Assembly: GCA_963805855.1 (NCBI GenBank) | Contig: CAWDVW010000005.1 | Location: forward strand, 448,001 to 512,000 | Reading direction: 5' to 3' | Length of the DNA: 64,000 nucleotides | Source: Candidatus Dadabacteria bacterium | Lineage (GTDB): Bacteria; Desulfobacterota_D; UBA1144; Nemesobacterales; CSP1-2 | Shown here: in pieces, positions 9,984 to 19,871 of the stretch | How the letters are laid out: the number at the start of each line of letters is the position of its first letter | Numbering within the stretch: position 1 is the first letter of the stretch | Made by a program: the position numbers and the translations under genes | The notes under the pieces: generated by a model | Told to the model about the DNA's origin: nothing | Seen by the model: the letters and a program-made list of their open reading frames with translations, nothing else | Databases searched by the model: none

Positions 9984-11075
9984 ATGACACAAAAAGGCTA
10001 TTTAGTAGCTGCTAACATCTCGGGATATGAAGAATTTCTCACGAAGGCTGAGCTTGAGCATGCACAATCGATTGTAAATGATCTAGTAAATACCCTCATA
10101 GATGGTATCAGCCATCCGCTAGTCTTCTCAAAAATAGAAGGAAATTCCATTTTCCTATGCTCACCTGAAGGTAGTTTTGTACAAGGTCAGACCTTGCTGG
10201 AAATAATTGAGAACCTGTATTGTACCTTCGCTAGGACACTAGAAACTATGTCTCGGAACACCGTGTGTCCTTGCCAAGCATGCCAGCTTATGTCTGGTTT
10301 GGATCTCAAATTTATCGTCCACTACGGAACATTTAGCTTGACTAAAATTGATGGTCAGCACGATCTGATGGGTCCGGACGTAATGATTCTGCGTGAATTA
10401 TTTAAAAGCCCTATCTCCGATGCTGCAGGTAATAATGGCTATCTGTTCATCACAAGCGCGTGCACAGATGCCATGGGATTAAGCAGGTTGACTGATCGTA
10501 TGAAGACCTACTCCGCCACGTTTGAAGACCTTGGAGAATTAAAAGGGCTTATCCACGACCTCCACGCCGTTTGGGAACGCGAACGCGAGCAACGTCGCAT
10601 CACGATTAAACCTGAGGACGCCTGGCTTCAGGTTGAGACAGATCTACCCGTTTCCTCGGCTTTAGCCTGGGAATACGTCACAGAACCGAATTTTAGGAAA
10701 CAGTGGCTTTCGGCAAGCAATGTTACGGCCTATACAAACGATAAGGGCCGAATGGGAATCGGTACTACATATATTTGCTCCCATGGGAATTATAAGATAA
10801 ACCAGGTCATAGTCGATTGGCGCCCCTTCGAATATCTGACAGTTGACACTGCGATGCCGATGAAGGGGATGCAGAGAAATACCACGCAGCTCACCCCTCA
10901 TGGAAGCGGAACCCGTGTTTCATGGAGATTTGATGAAATAACGGGGAGAAACCGAATACATACGCTTATGCTGAGGATGCTTTTGAATTCTATGAAGGGT
11001 AAGATAACGAGCCGCTTAAAAGAGGGCGGCAAGAAGGTACTAAAAATGATTGAAGACGATCGAATTGCGGAGTAA
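9984..11075 (+). CDS. DUF2652 (cyclase-like)-SRPBCC protein, catalytically degenerate paralog
   Basis: ANISGY / KIEGN in place of ADISGY / KLEGD; CPCQAC motif; C-terminal SRPBCC-like domain (VDWRPFEYLT). Confidence 0.8.
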   Translation: MTQKGYLVAANISGYEEFLTKAELEHAQSIVNDLVNTLIDGISHPLVFSKIEGNSIFLCSPEGSFVQGQTLLEIIENLYCTFARTLETMSRNTVCPCQACQLMSGLDLKFIVHYGTFSLTKIDGQHDLMGPDVMILRELFKSPISDAAGNNGYLFITSACTDAMGLSRLTDRMKTYSATFEDLGELKGLIHDLHAVWEREREQRRITIKPEDAWLQVETDLPVSSALAWEYVTEPNFRKQWLSASNVTAYTNDKGRMGIGTTYICSHGNYKINQVIVDWRPFEYLTVDTAMPMKGMQRNTTQLTPHGSGTRVSWRFDEITGRNRIHTLMLRMLLNSMKGKITSRLKEGGKKVLKMIEDDRIAE

Positions 11076-11173
11076 TTGATTAAATGCTTCGTATTTGAGA
11101 GGAGCGATTTAAAAACTTTCTTTGATTGAATCAAATTTTGTTTAGACAATAGTGATAAGGGGAGGTATTAATT

Positions 11174-12286
11174 ATGGCTCAAGAAAAGGGTTACCTTGTT
11201 ATCGCCGATATAAGTGGTTACACAGCCTTTTTGACCCAGGCAGAGCTAGAACACGCCGAAGGGATCATGAAAAGCCTGTTCGACACGCTTGAAAAAAGCA
11301 TGCAATCACCGCTTGTTATATCCAAATTGGAAGGGGATGCAATCTTCGCTTATGCACCGGACGGAAGTTTCATTAAGGGTCAGACGCTGCTTGAGGCTAT
11401 TGAGAATATATACTGTGCCTTTGCAATGTCTTTAGAGAGCATGCGTCGTAGCACAACGTGTACCTGCAAGGCATGCGAACTCATTCCCACCCTGGATCTA
11501 AAGTTTGTATCGCACTATGGCACATATATTCTGAGTGATATAGGCGGACGACAGGAACTTAGCGGACCTGACGTAATACTAACACATAGGCTTCTCAAGA
11601 ATAAAATAGATGAAACAAATGGAAAGATAGCCTATGCCTTTCTATCTGAATCCTGTGCGGATGCTATGGGTTTGGGCGAATTGAAAGAGGTAATGAAGCC
11701 GCACTCCGAGACGTACGAGCACCTCGGAGAGATTCGCGGCTATGTTCATGACCTGCATAAAGTTTGGGAGAGAGAACGCGAAGCGAGGCGTGTTTATGTT
11801 GATCCTGACGAATCCTGGTTCAAAGTCGAGGTTGATATACCGGCGAAACCTGCGCTTGTATGGGATTATTTGGCCGACCCGCAACTGAGGCGTCATTGGC
11901 TTCAAGCAGACGGCATGACTGCGAAGGGTGCTGAAAAGGGAAGATTGGGAGTCGGATCAGAATATCACTGTGCCCATGGAGACCTGACCGTCGTCCAGAC
12001 TGTTGTGGACTGGAAGCCATTCGACTATATGACCCTTGATGTCGCTTTCGCAAAGGATCAACGTTTTCGGCTCACCACCAAACTTACTCCAACAGATGGC
12101 GTTACACGTGTGTCATGGTACTTTTTCAAGCTAGGCAGCAGCAATTTCATCAACTCATTCGTAACCAAATGGAAGACGTCCAAGATGCAGGGTATGCTCG
12201 CTGACTTTTTCGGTAAGGGTAGCACGCTGCTCCGCGAGATGATAGAAAAGGACATCACAGAGGGTAAGGTAGCAACCAAAAATTAG
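11174..12286 (+). CDS. DUF2652 (class III cyclase-like)-SRPBCC protein
   Basis: IADISGYT, KLEGDA, CTCKAC, LKFVSHYG, GPDVILTHRLLKN; SRPBCC-like C-terminus. Confidence 0.85.
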   Translation: MAQEKGYLVIADISGYTAFLTQAELEHAEGIMKSLFDTLEKSMQSPLVISKLEGDAIFAYAPDGSFIKGQTLLEAIENIYCAFAMSLESMRRSTTCTCKACELIPTLDLKFVSHYGTYILSDIGGRQELSGPDVILTHRLLKNKIDETNGKIAYAFLSESCADAMGLGELKEVMKPHSETYEHLGEIRGYVHDLHKVWEREREARRVYVDPDESWFKVEVDIPAKPALVWDYLADPQLRRHWLQADGMTAKGAEKGRLGVGSEYHCAHGDLTVVQTVVDWKPFDYMTLDVAFAKDQRFRLTTKLTPTDGVTRVSWYFFKLGSSNFINSFVTKWKTSKMQGMLADFFGKGSTLLREMIEKDITEGKVATKN

Positions 12287-12301
12287 TTTTGGTTGGTAGA
12301 T

Positions 12302-13297
12302 CTATGGCGAGAGGTTATTGATCGTCTCCCTCGCCAAATCTCTCGAGGCTTTGGGAGGCAAAATAATGATAGGAATGTCCGCGCCCGCTTTCCTGAATTC
12401 CTCGATTTTGCTTCTGCCGGCATTCGCCGAACCTGTAACCGCGACTGAATTCAGCAAGGTATCGCTGACACCTTCGATTGCTTCTGTTTTGCTTCCCTTT
12501 TTCCAAGCCTCAACAATCGAATTGGCTTCATGTTGGAATCCGTACCTGCTGATCAATCCAGAATAAAAAGTCCCCATCGCACCAATGTAATAGGCGATGT
12601 ATTCCTTGATTAATCTTCGTGTGCCATCCTCGTCATCAGAAACTAGCGCTGGGATGTAGGGACAAATTTTGATCTTATCAAACGCCTTTCCTCCCTTTTC
12701 AGCTCCAGCGCGTAGGTAATCTTCGGTTTGTTTGTAATGTTGAGTTGGAACCAGAAACGGAATCCAACCATCGGCAATTTCACCTGTAAGGGTTATATTC
12801 TTAGGTCCAATAGATGCAATATAAATCGGTATTACCTCTCTGAATGGCTTAAATTGGAGACTAAAGTTTTTTAGTTTAAAAATCTCGCCCTGATAATTTA
12901 CTCTTTGTCCACTAATTATCATCCTTATTATTTCGACGTATTCTCGAGTCCTTCGTAGTGGTTTCTCAAACTTAACACCATGCCAGTTTTCAATCACTAC
13001 GGGTCCGCTTGTACCCAGGCCGAGTATCACTCTTCCCTCTGAGATCTCATCTAATGTCGCAATAGTTTGTGCAATAATCGCCGGGGTTCTGCTGTAGACC
13101 GAAACGATTCCCGTTCCGAGCTTAATCCTTTTTGTATGTAGCGCGATCACCGAGAGAATAGAGAATGCGTCCCTACCCCACATCTCGGGAACCCAGATAG
13201 AATCATATCCAAGTCCTTCTGCAAGTTGGGCAAAATCAATGATCTCGTCTTTTGTGATATCATTCCAGTAAGGAATTACAAGACCTATTGCGGACAA
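12302..13297 (-). CDS. LLM-class (luciferase-like) flavin/F420-dependent oxidoreductase
   Basis: AEGLGYDSIWVPE, LGTGI, LDEISEGRVILGLG, GEIADGW; likely TTG start at 13297 after RBS AAGGAGGT (ORF track start 13378). Confidence 0.88.
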   Translation of the reverse strand: MSAIGLVIPYWNDITKDEIIDFAQLAEGLGYDSIWVPEMWGRDAFSILSVIALHTKRIKLGTGIVSVYSRTPAIIAQTIATLDEISEGRVILGLGTSGPVVIENWHGVKFEKPLRRTREYVEIIRMIISGQRVNYQGEIFKLKNFSLQFKPFREVIPIYIASIGPKNITLTGEIADGWIPFLVPTQHYKQTEDYLRAGAEKGGKAFDKIKICPYIPALVSDDEDGTRRLIKEYIAYYIGAMGTFYSGLISRYGFQHEANSIVEAWKKGSKTEAIEGVSDTLLNSVAVTGSANAGRSKIEEFRKAGADIPIIILPPKASRDLARETINNLSP

Positions 13298-13341
13298 TTT
13301 GTCACCTCCTTCAAATTCAGCATCTATATCATAATTTTGCC

Positions 13342-13478
13342 AATCCCGCAACGAGTGAGTGGGAATCCGTCTGGCCATTGTCCCGACTTCCTTTATTGGA
13401 AATCGATATAAATTATCTTTTGGATCACCGATTACGCTTTTCCCGCATGAACTAAGCGGGGATTACTCGGTGATGACA
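13342..13478. repeat. Degenerate palindromic repeat units related to the GIY-YIG-flanking element
   Basis: ATCCCGC...GTGGGAATCC and nested hairpin ATCACCGA...TCCCGC...GCGGGGA...TCGGTGATGACA. Confidence 0.6.
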
Positions 13479-13524
13479 AATGAGATATCGCCATCAGCGG
13501 TAGTCATTGAAAACCATCCTCTTG

Positions 13525-13600
13525 TGTCATTCCCGCGGATTGTTAGCGGGAATCCATATTTTTCTTTCTGGATCCCCGACAACTGTCCTCGGGGATGACA
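13525..13600. repeat. TGTCAT...ATGACA-bounded two-hairpin REP-like element
   Basis: TGTCATTCCCGCGGATTGTTAGCGGGAATCCA ... TGGATCCCCGA..TCGGGGATGACA. Confidence 0.8.
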
Positions 13601-13664
13601 AATTACTCGTCATTTCAATTAGAGCATTATACTTACAGTGTCGGTATTAAAATACAGCTAGACT

Positions 13665-13955
13665 ATGAACGCGTACTTTGTTTATATAATGGCGAGTAAA
13701 AGAAACGGTACCTTGTACGTTGGTGTAACCTACAATCTAATGAAAAGAGTTTACGAACACAGAACTGATATAATCCAGGGATTTACGAAGAAATATTCGA
13801 TACATAAATTAGTTTATTACGAACAGACAAATGACATTTACAACGCAATCGAAAGAGAAAAACGTCTAAAAAAATGGCACCGAAAGTGGAAAATAAAGCT
13901 GATTGAGAAGTTTAATCCGAATTGGGATGATTTGTATGACGAGGTAACAGGCTAA
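13665..13955 (+). CDS. Small GIY-YIG nuclease (UPF0213-like)
   Basis: YFVYIMASKRNGTLYVGVT, LVYYE, AIEREKRLKKW, NPNWDDL. Confidence 0.9.
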   Translation: MNAYFVYIMASKRNGTLYVGVTYNLMKRVYEHRTDIIQGFTKKYSIHKLVYYEQTNDIYNAIEREKRLKKWHRKWKIKLIEKFNPNWDDLYDEVTG

Positions 13956-13974
13956 TTGTAAAACCAACCTAAGC

Positions 13975-14007
13975 TGTCATTCCCGCGGATTGTTAGCGGG
14001 AATCCAT
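13975..14007. repeat. 33-bp exact copy of the left hairpin of the 13525 element
   Basis: TGTCATTCCCGCGGATTGTTAGCGGGAATCCAT identical to 13525-13557. Confidence 0.85.
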
Positions 14008-14161
14008 GCTCCTGGTTTTGGATCGCCAATCCAAATTGTGCCAGTTAGGCTTTCGAAGTACTGAAATCCCATTTAATGATGTTAAGATATTTTATAAATA
14101 ATGTCCAAAATTCCAAAAGACTTATTAAGCGAAGTAAACAAATGGAGAAATTTAGCAGAGA

Positions 14162-14661
14162 ATGAGACCGACTAACATTATAATTCCTGGTCCTGGGCAG
14201 GAATCGGTCTGGGACTATCCTAGACCTCCCCGTGTAGAACCGGTAAAAAGTAGAATTCGTGTTGAGTTTGGAGGTCTTGTAATCGCAGATAGCAATAAAA
14301 CCTATAGGGTGTGAAGAGACCGCAAGTCCCCCGGTTTATTACATACCTCAAGCAGATATACAAATGAAATATCTGGAGCCTGGCAATAAATCGACCCTCT
14401 GTGAATGGAAAGGAAAAGCCAGATATTGGACTGTCCGCGTTGGGAAGAAATGCTCTGAAAACGCCGGCCTGGAGCTACCCAGAGCCCTGGGATGGTTTTG
14501 AGTTGATAACCGATTACATAGCCTTCAATGCGAGCAAGATGGACGCCTGCTACGTTGGAAATGAAAAAGTGTTGCCGCAACCGGGTAATTACTATGGGGG
14601 ATGGATAACATCGGACATTGTAGGCCCCTTCAAAGGCGAACCGGGAACTGAGGGGTGGTAG
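14162..14661 (+). pseudogene. DUF427-domain protein with two frameshifts (possibly sequencing error)
   Basis: PGPGQESVWDYPRPP, then ETASPPVYYIP...CEWKGKARY, then AWSYPEP...YGGWIT in three successive frames. Confidence 0.8.
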
Positions 14662-14901
14662 AAACTAAGTTTCAAAAACGCAAAATAACAGTTAACTTAT
14701 CTCCGCACTGTAAGACAATTACCCTTATTAAACAGATACCGAAGGCATTGGTAACCAAAGCAGCTTCTTCATCTTAAGAATGAAGATGCTACTGGTTTTT
14801 CCGTTCGCAACCAATTCTTTATTTTCATTTTTATGACAAATCTCATATAATATTTCAATAATAAAACGAATAAATTTGGTCGAATATTATTTCTTGAGAA
14901 T

Positions 14902-17900
14902 ATGGAAACTAAGATTTTAGTCTGTGCGCATTGCGGATTTCAAAATCCTGAGAATGCTAAGTTCTGCGTTGAATGTGGAACGAAGGTGGAGATCAGATGT
15001 CAGAACTGTGGCAAAGATAACCCTCCTACCCATAAGTTCTGCTTCGAATGCGGAGGAAAGCTCGGCAAAAGTGCAGATGTTAAAGAAGATAAGCAACTTA
15101 ATTTAAGTGAACCCCAGAGTTACATCCCAAAACACCTTGCCGATAAAATTCTCGTCAATAGAGCCCGCCTTGAAGGAGAGCGAAAGCTGGTAACGGTGCT
15201 ATTTGCCGACGCTTCGAGCTTCACTGCATTATCAGAAAAATTAGACCCTGAGGAGGTTCGCACTTTGATGAATCAGGCCCTCAGGCTTATTATAGATCAG
15301 GTACATCGCTATGAGGGCACAATCAACAAATTTACGGGCGATGGCGCAATGGCACTATTCGGTGCCCCTATTGCCCAGGAGGATCATGCCTATAGGTCGG
15401 TAACTTCGGCTTTGGGTATTCAGAAGGCCATCAGATTATACGGTGAAGAGCTTAAGTTAGCGCAGGGGATAGACTTCAAGATGCGAATTGGCATTAATAC
15501 CGGGCTCGTAGTCGTTGGAAGTATTGGTAATGACCTAAGTATGGAATATACAGCCATGGGAGATACGGTTAATCTGGCTTCACGTTTAGAAGGCCTGGCT
15601 GAACCGGGGTCTATCCTGATTAGTGAGAGTACCTACAAACTCGTGAAGGATTACTTTGAGTGTATCCCACTCGAAGAAGCTCGCGTTAAGGGAAAAAGTC
15701 AGCCTGTAAAGGCCTGTACAGTAATTGGGAAAACGGATCGAAAAGTAAGATTTGATTTATCCCTGGAGCGAGGGTTAACAAAATTTGTAGGAAGGGAAAA
15801 GGAACTGGGGCTTATAAAGGATTCCTTTGAAAACGTAAAGAAAGGACACGGACAGATTTTATGTATTATTGGCGAAGCGGGGTTGGGAAAATCAAGATTG
15901 GTTCACGAGTTTAAAACTACGCTCCGTGATGAAGAAGTGAGCTACCTGGAAGGGAATTGCATCTCTTACGGCAAATCATTTTCTTATCTTCCAATCATTG
16001 AGATATTAAAGAATAGTTTTGATATTGATGATAGAGACGATGACGACCTGATTAAGGCTAAAGTGGAGATTGCGATAAACAGGATCGACGATAAATTAAC
16101 GGATACGATCCCACTTATTCTCGATCTCCTTTCTGTAAAAGCCGATTCTGATATATTGAAAAACTTAGATGCAGCACAGAAAAGACAAGCTATATTTGAC
16201 GCCCTTAAAGCCATAATCCTGAGAATGAGTCAAACTAAACCGCTGGTTTTAGCAATTGAAGACCTCCATTGGATTGATAAAACCTCAGAGGAACTTCTTA
16301 ATAGTATTGCAAGGAGTATGGGTAATGAACGAATTATGCTTCTCTTTACCTGTCGCCCGGGATTTGTTCATAGCTTTATCGACAAACCTTACTACACCCA
16401 GATCGCGCTAACGTCTCTTTCAACAGGCGAATGCAGGTTTCTAGTAGAATCGATTCTGAAAAGTGAAGAAATATCCGAAGAATTAATGGGACTAATACTT
16501 AAAAAAACCGGAGGTAATGCACTATTTGTTGAAGAGGTAACAAGGTCGCTTATCGATAGCGGAATAATCGTCAAGAGCGATGGACGATACACGGCAGAGA
16601 AAGAAGTATCTGAGATTGAAGTCCCGAGCAGTGTACAAGATATAATCATGGCCCGGATAGACCGACTTGAGGAAACCCGAAAATCGAAACTCCAAGTATG
16701 CTCGGTTATCGGAAGGGAGTTCAGTTTTGAGCTACTTCAAAAGATATCTGCTATTGACGAAAATGAACTTCGGGAACGCCTGATGACACTCACAAACTCC
16801 GATCTGATCTACGAAAGGGGGGTTTACCCGGACGTTGACTACCTGTTCAAACATGCTCTTACCCTAGAAGTTGCATACAACACACTTTTGCTTCAAAAGA
16901 GAAAGGAACTCCATGAAAAGGTGGGTAGTGCAATCGAAGAGATGTATCCTTCCCGTCTTGAAGATTTCTATGGTGTCCTTGCCCATCATTTTAGTAAGAG
17001 TGATAACAGGGAAAAGGCGGTTAATTATTTAACACTGGTTGGCAAAAGGGCAAAGGATGTTCTTTCAACCGATGAAGCCCTTACCAATTTTAACGAAGTG
17101 CTAAAACTTCTTGGGCAAATGGAAAAGACCGATACCGGCAAGGCTAAAAGGATAGATATTCTATTTGAGATAGAAAACATATACGACAACATGGCAAAAA
17201 GAGATGATCAGAAAAAGATACTCGAAGAAATAATAACTCTATCTAAAGATATAAATGATAAGAGCAGGCTTTCAGATGGTTACATCAAGCAAGGCGAACT
17301 CTTGAGTGTGATGGGAGAATACCAGAAAGCAAAGGAAATCTGCCAATCAGCGCTTACCCTTAAAAGGGAGATAAGAGATAAGATAGGCGAGGGAAAAGCA
17401 TTGAGGGGTATGGGATTCATAAATTGGCGTTCGGCGGATTACAACGACGCTCTGAAGTACCACAAAGAGGCCTTAATGGTGCATAGAGAAATGGGCAGTC
17501 GCGAAGCAGAAGGATTTGAACTTATCAGCCTGGGAGAAATCTATAGGAAGCTTGGTCAATATGAAGATGCCCTGTCACATCTTCACGAGGCCTTTAACAT
17601 ACATAGAGGCGCGAGAATCGTAACAGGTCAGAACGTTTCCGCATTTAACATCGGAACCGTCTACGGAGAAATGGGCAATTACGAGAAATGCGCGGAGTAC
17701 TATCGGGAATGCTGGAGAGTAATTAAAGAGGGCGGGTTCAGGAGCTTTCGTGCATACTCGCATCTTATTGTTCCAATCAGTTTGGGAAATGTATACTCGC
17801 GTTTGGGTAATTACGAAGATTCACTCCAATACTACACTGAAGCGCTGGATATAAGCAGAGGCCTTGGGGATAAGACCGAAGAGGGCAACATACTGAGTTA

Positions 17901-18660
17901 CATTGCTGCCACATACAATATTTTGGGAAAATATGATGAGTCTATAAAATATTACAAAGAGGCCTTGAAGATCTATCGAAAATTAGGAGACAAGGTAGCA
18001 GAAGGCGCAGTTCTCAATCACATTGGTAATACCTACCGTCAATATCTTAACGACTATCGAGAGGCCCTATCATATTATAAAGAGGGTTTGGAAGTTGCAA
18101 AAAAGAACGGCGACGAAGATGGGGCCAGAAGTATTCTTAACAACCTGGGGGTAGTAAATTGGAATCTTGGTCTCCACGAAGAAGCCCTTGCTTACTACCG
18201 CGAGGCATTGGAAATATGTAAGAGGATTGGAAATACGATCGGAGAAGGTGTTACGCTCAGTGGAATGGCAATTGTTTATCTGAGCCTTCGAAAGTACGAT
18301 GAGGCCTTGAAGTGTAACGAGGATGCCTTGAATATTCTAAAGCCAACGGGAGACCAAAAGGTTGAGGGTTATATCCTAAATTCTATCGGGAACGTGTATA
18401 ATGAGATGGGTGATTACCAGAAGGCTTGGAGGTACTATCAAGAGACTCTAAGGATAAGAAGGGAGCTCCAGGATAAAAAGGGAGAGGCCTGGGCACTTCA
18501 TAATCTCGGCAGGGTCTATACGAACCTGTCTAATTATGAGGAGGCATCGAAACATTACGAGGAAGCCCTTTGCCTGGCTGAAGAACTGGGAGAGGAAGAA
18601 TTGACCGTCACCACCAAGGACGCTTTGAGCGAGATCAAAGGAATGGAGAAGAGTATTTAG
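14902..18660 (+). CDS. Double zinc ribbon-class III cyclase-STAND ATPase-long TPR array protein
   Basis: FADASSFT, KFTGDG, YTAMGDTVNLASRL, GEAGLGKS, EDLHW, about 11 ~40-aa TPR-like repeats. Confidence 0.93.
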   Translation: METKILVCAHCGFQNPENAKFCVECGTKVEIRCQNCGKDNPPTHKFCFECGGKLGKSADVKEDKQLNLSEPQSYIPKHLADKILVNRARLEGERKLVTVLFADASSFTALSEKLDPEEVRTLMNQALRLIIDQVHRYEGTINKFTGDGAMALFGAPIAQEDHAYRSVTSALGIQKAIRLYGEELKLAQGIDFKMRIGINTGLVVVGSIGNDLSMEYTAMGDTVNLASRLEGLAEPGSILISESTYKLVKDYFECIPLEEARVKGKSQPVKACTVIGKTDRKVRFDLSLERGLTKFVGREKELGLIKDSFENVKKGHGQILCIIGEAGLGKSRLVHEFKTTLRDEEVSYLEGNCISYGKSFSYLPIIEILKNSFDIDDRDDDDLIKAKVEIAINRIDDKLTDTIPLILDLLSVKADSDILKNLDAAQKRQAIFDALKAIILRMSQTKPLVLAIEDLHWIDKTSEELLNSIARSMGNERIMLLFTCRPGFVHSFIDKPYYTQIALTSLSTGECRFLVESILKSEEISEELMGLILKKTGGNALFVEEVTRSLIDSGIIVKSDGRYTAEKEVSEIEVPSSVQDIIMARIDRLEETRKSKLQVCSVIGREFSFELLQKISAIDENELRERLMTLTNSDLIYERGVYPDVDYLFKHALTLEVAYNTLLLQKRKELHEKVGSAIEEMYPSRLEDFYGVLAHHFSKSDNREKAVNYLTLVGKRAKDVLSTDEALTNFNEVLKLLGQMEKTDTGKAKRIDILFEIENIYDNMAKRDDQKKILEEIITLSKDINDKSRLSDGYIKQGELLSVMGEYQKAKEICQSALTLKREIRDKIGEGKALRGMGFINWRSADYNDALKYHKEALMVHREMGSREAEGFELISLGEIYRKLGQYEDALSHLHEAFNIHRGARIVTGQNVSAFNIGTVYGEMGNYEKCAEYYRECWRVIKEGGFRSFRAYSHLIVPISLGNVYSRLGNYEDSLQYYTEALDISRGLGDKTEEGNILSYIAATYNILGKYDESIKYYKEALKIYRKLGDKVAEGAVLNHIGNTYRQYLNDYREALSYYKEGLEVAKKNGDEDGARSILNNLGVVNWNLGLHEEALAYYREALEICKRIGNTIGEGVTLSGMAIVYLSLRKYDEALKCNEDALNILKPTGDQKVEGYILNSIGNVYNEMGDYQKAWRYYQETLRIRRELQDKKGEAWALHNLGRVYTNLSNYEEASKHYEEALCLAEELGEEELTVTTKDALSEIKGMEKSI

Positions 18661-18708
18661 CTTTAGTTTCAAAAAAGTTTAAAAAATATTATAGGGAGGT
18701 TAATAGAG

Positions 18709-18972
18709 ATGCCAAGATATCTAATCACCCGGACGGTGCCCCCATTGACGGAAGAACAAATAGCAGCGGCAGGAAAACTTTCTAAAGCTGTTACCGAAGA
18801 GTTGGGAATAAAGTGGATAAAGAGTTACTACTCAGAGAAAGAGGGAAAATTCTACTGTGAGTATGAAGCACCAAACGTTGATTTAATCTATGAACACGGA
18901 AGACGGGCACAACTCCCGGTGGATTCTGTCTCTATGATTTCGGGCGAGTTTGATCCCAGCATGTTTAAGTAG
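18709..18972 (+). CDS. DUF4242-family protein, copy 1
   Basis: MPRYLITR, WIKSYYS, FYCEYEAP, YEH, LPVDSV; RBS GGAGG. Confidence 0.8.
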   Translation: MPRYLITRTVPPLTEEQIAAAGKLSKAVTEELGIKWIKSYYSEKEGKFYCEYEAPNVDLIYEHGRRAQLPVDSVSMISGEFDPSMFK

Positions 18973-19011
18973 TTATAATATAGTCAGAGTTAATTTAGAG
19001 AAATATTACTT

Positions 19012-19275
19012 ATGCCAAAATTCCTTACTGTGCGGACGGTGCCTCCTTTAACAGAGGAGCAGATCTCCTCATCGTCAAAACGATCCATGACTGTTGGCGA
19101 GGAGATAGGGGTAAAGTGGATAAAGAGCTATTATTCAGCGAAGGATGGAAAGCTCTATTGCGAATGGGAAGCAACGAGCGTAGAAGCGATATATGAACAC
19201 GCAAAGCTCATGAATAGTCCAGTAGATTCCGTTTCAATCATATCGGACGAATTTGACCCCAGTATGTTTAAGTAA
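19012..19275 (+). CDS. DUF4242-family protein, copy 2
   Basis: Paralog of 18709; shared EFDPSMFK C-terminus. Confidence 0.8.
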   Translation: MPKFLTVRTVPPLTEEQISSSSKRSMTVGEEIGVKWIKSYYSAKDGKLYCEWEATSVEAIYEHAKLMNSPVDSVSIISDEFDPSMFK

Positions 19276-19355
19276 AAACTCTGGTTTTATTCCAAGATTA
19301 CCGCTTTCGATGAATCCTTAATTATGCTTACTAGAAAATGAAAGGCTCAGGTGTC

Positions 19356-19411
19356 GCAATGACAGGCGAGGGAAAGACCTGTACCAAGCTACCAAGAGTT
19401 CACTAGTTAAA
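19356..19411. repeat. Dispersed 56-bp repeat (copy of 48666-48721)
   Basis: 46/56 identical ungapped; hairpin decayed in this copy. Confidence 0.65.
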
Positions 19412-19425
19412 ATGGAGAATTTTAG

Positions 19426-19692
19426 GTGCCCAAATTTTTAGTTACTCGAACTGTTCCCAATCTGACCAAGGAAGAAATTGATTCGGCAAACAAACGCGAC
19501 GTAGCCATCTGCAGAGAGATGGGAACCGTGAGATGGATAAAAAGCTATCATTCCGCAAAAGATGGAAAGTTCTATTGTGAGTATGAGGCACCGAGCGTAG
19601 ATGCAATCTATGAACACGCAAGGCGGGCAAAATTACCGGTAGACTCGGTTTCACTGATTTCCAATGAATTTGATCCAAGCATGTTTAAGTAG
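19426..19692 (+). CDS. DUF4242-family protein, copy 3
   Basis: GTG start; paralog of the two upstream genes. Confidence 0.8.
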   Translation: MPKFLVTRTVPNLTKEEIDSANKRDVAICREMGTVRWIKSYHSAKDGKFYCEYEAPSVDAIYEHARRAKLPVDSVSLISNEFDPSMFK

Positions 19693-19742
19693 AAATCTAA
19701 AGGACATATCTTCATGGACTAAGTACCGATATCTATAAAGTC

Positions 19743-19778
19743 GTAAACGTTGTTTCCACCTGTGTAAACTTCGTTGAT
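19743..19778. promoter_or_regulatory. Putative bEBP upstream activating sequences (tandem GTAAAC-N3-GTT sites)
   Basis: GTAAACGTTGTTTCC (19743) and GTAAACTTCGTTGAT (19764), 21 bp apart, ~110-130 bp upstream of the -24 element. Confidence 0.6.
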
Positions 19779-19871
19779 GCGATGACGCTACTAATGTTGT
19801 TCGCACATGTTAATCTAAAATCCTAAAGATAGCTCACAAAACAAATACGTTTGGGGACTTGATGTGATATT

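Noticed and set aside
11122-11134. FNR box TTGAT...ATCAA
   Set aside because: 3-bp spacer instead of 4; no convincing CRP box was seen in the window either
13342-14007. CRISPR array
   Set aside because: Only two exact repeats, separated by a gene; no regular spacers or cas genes
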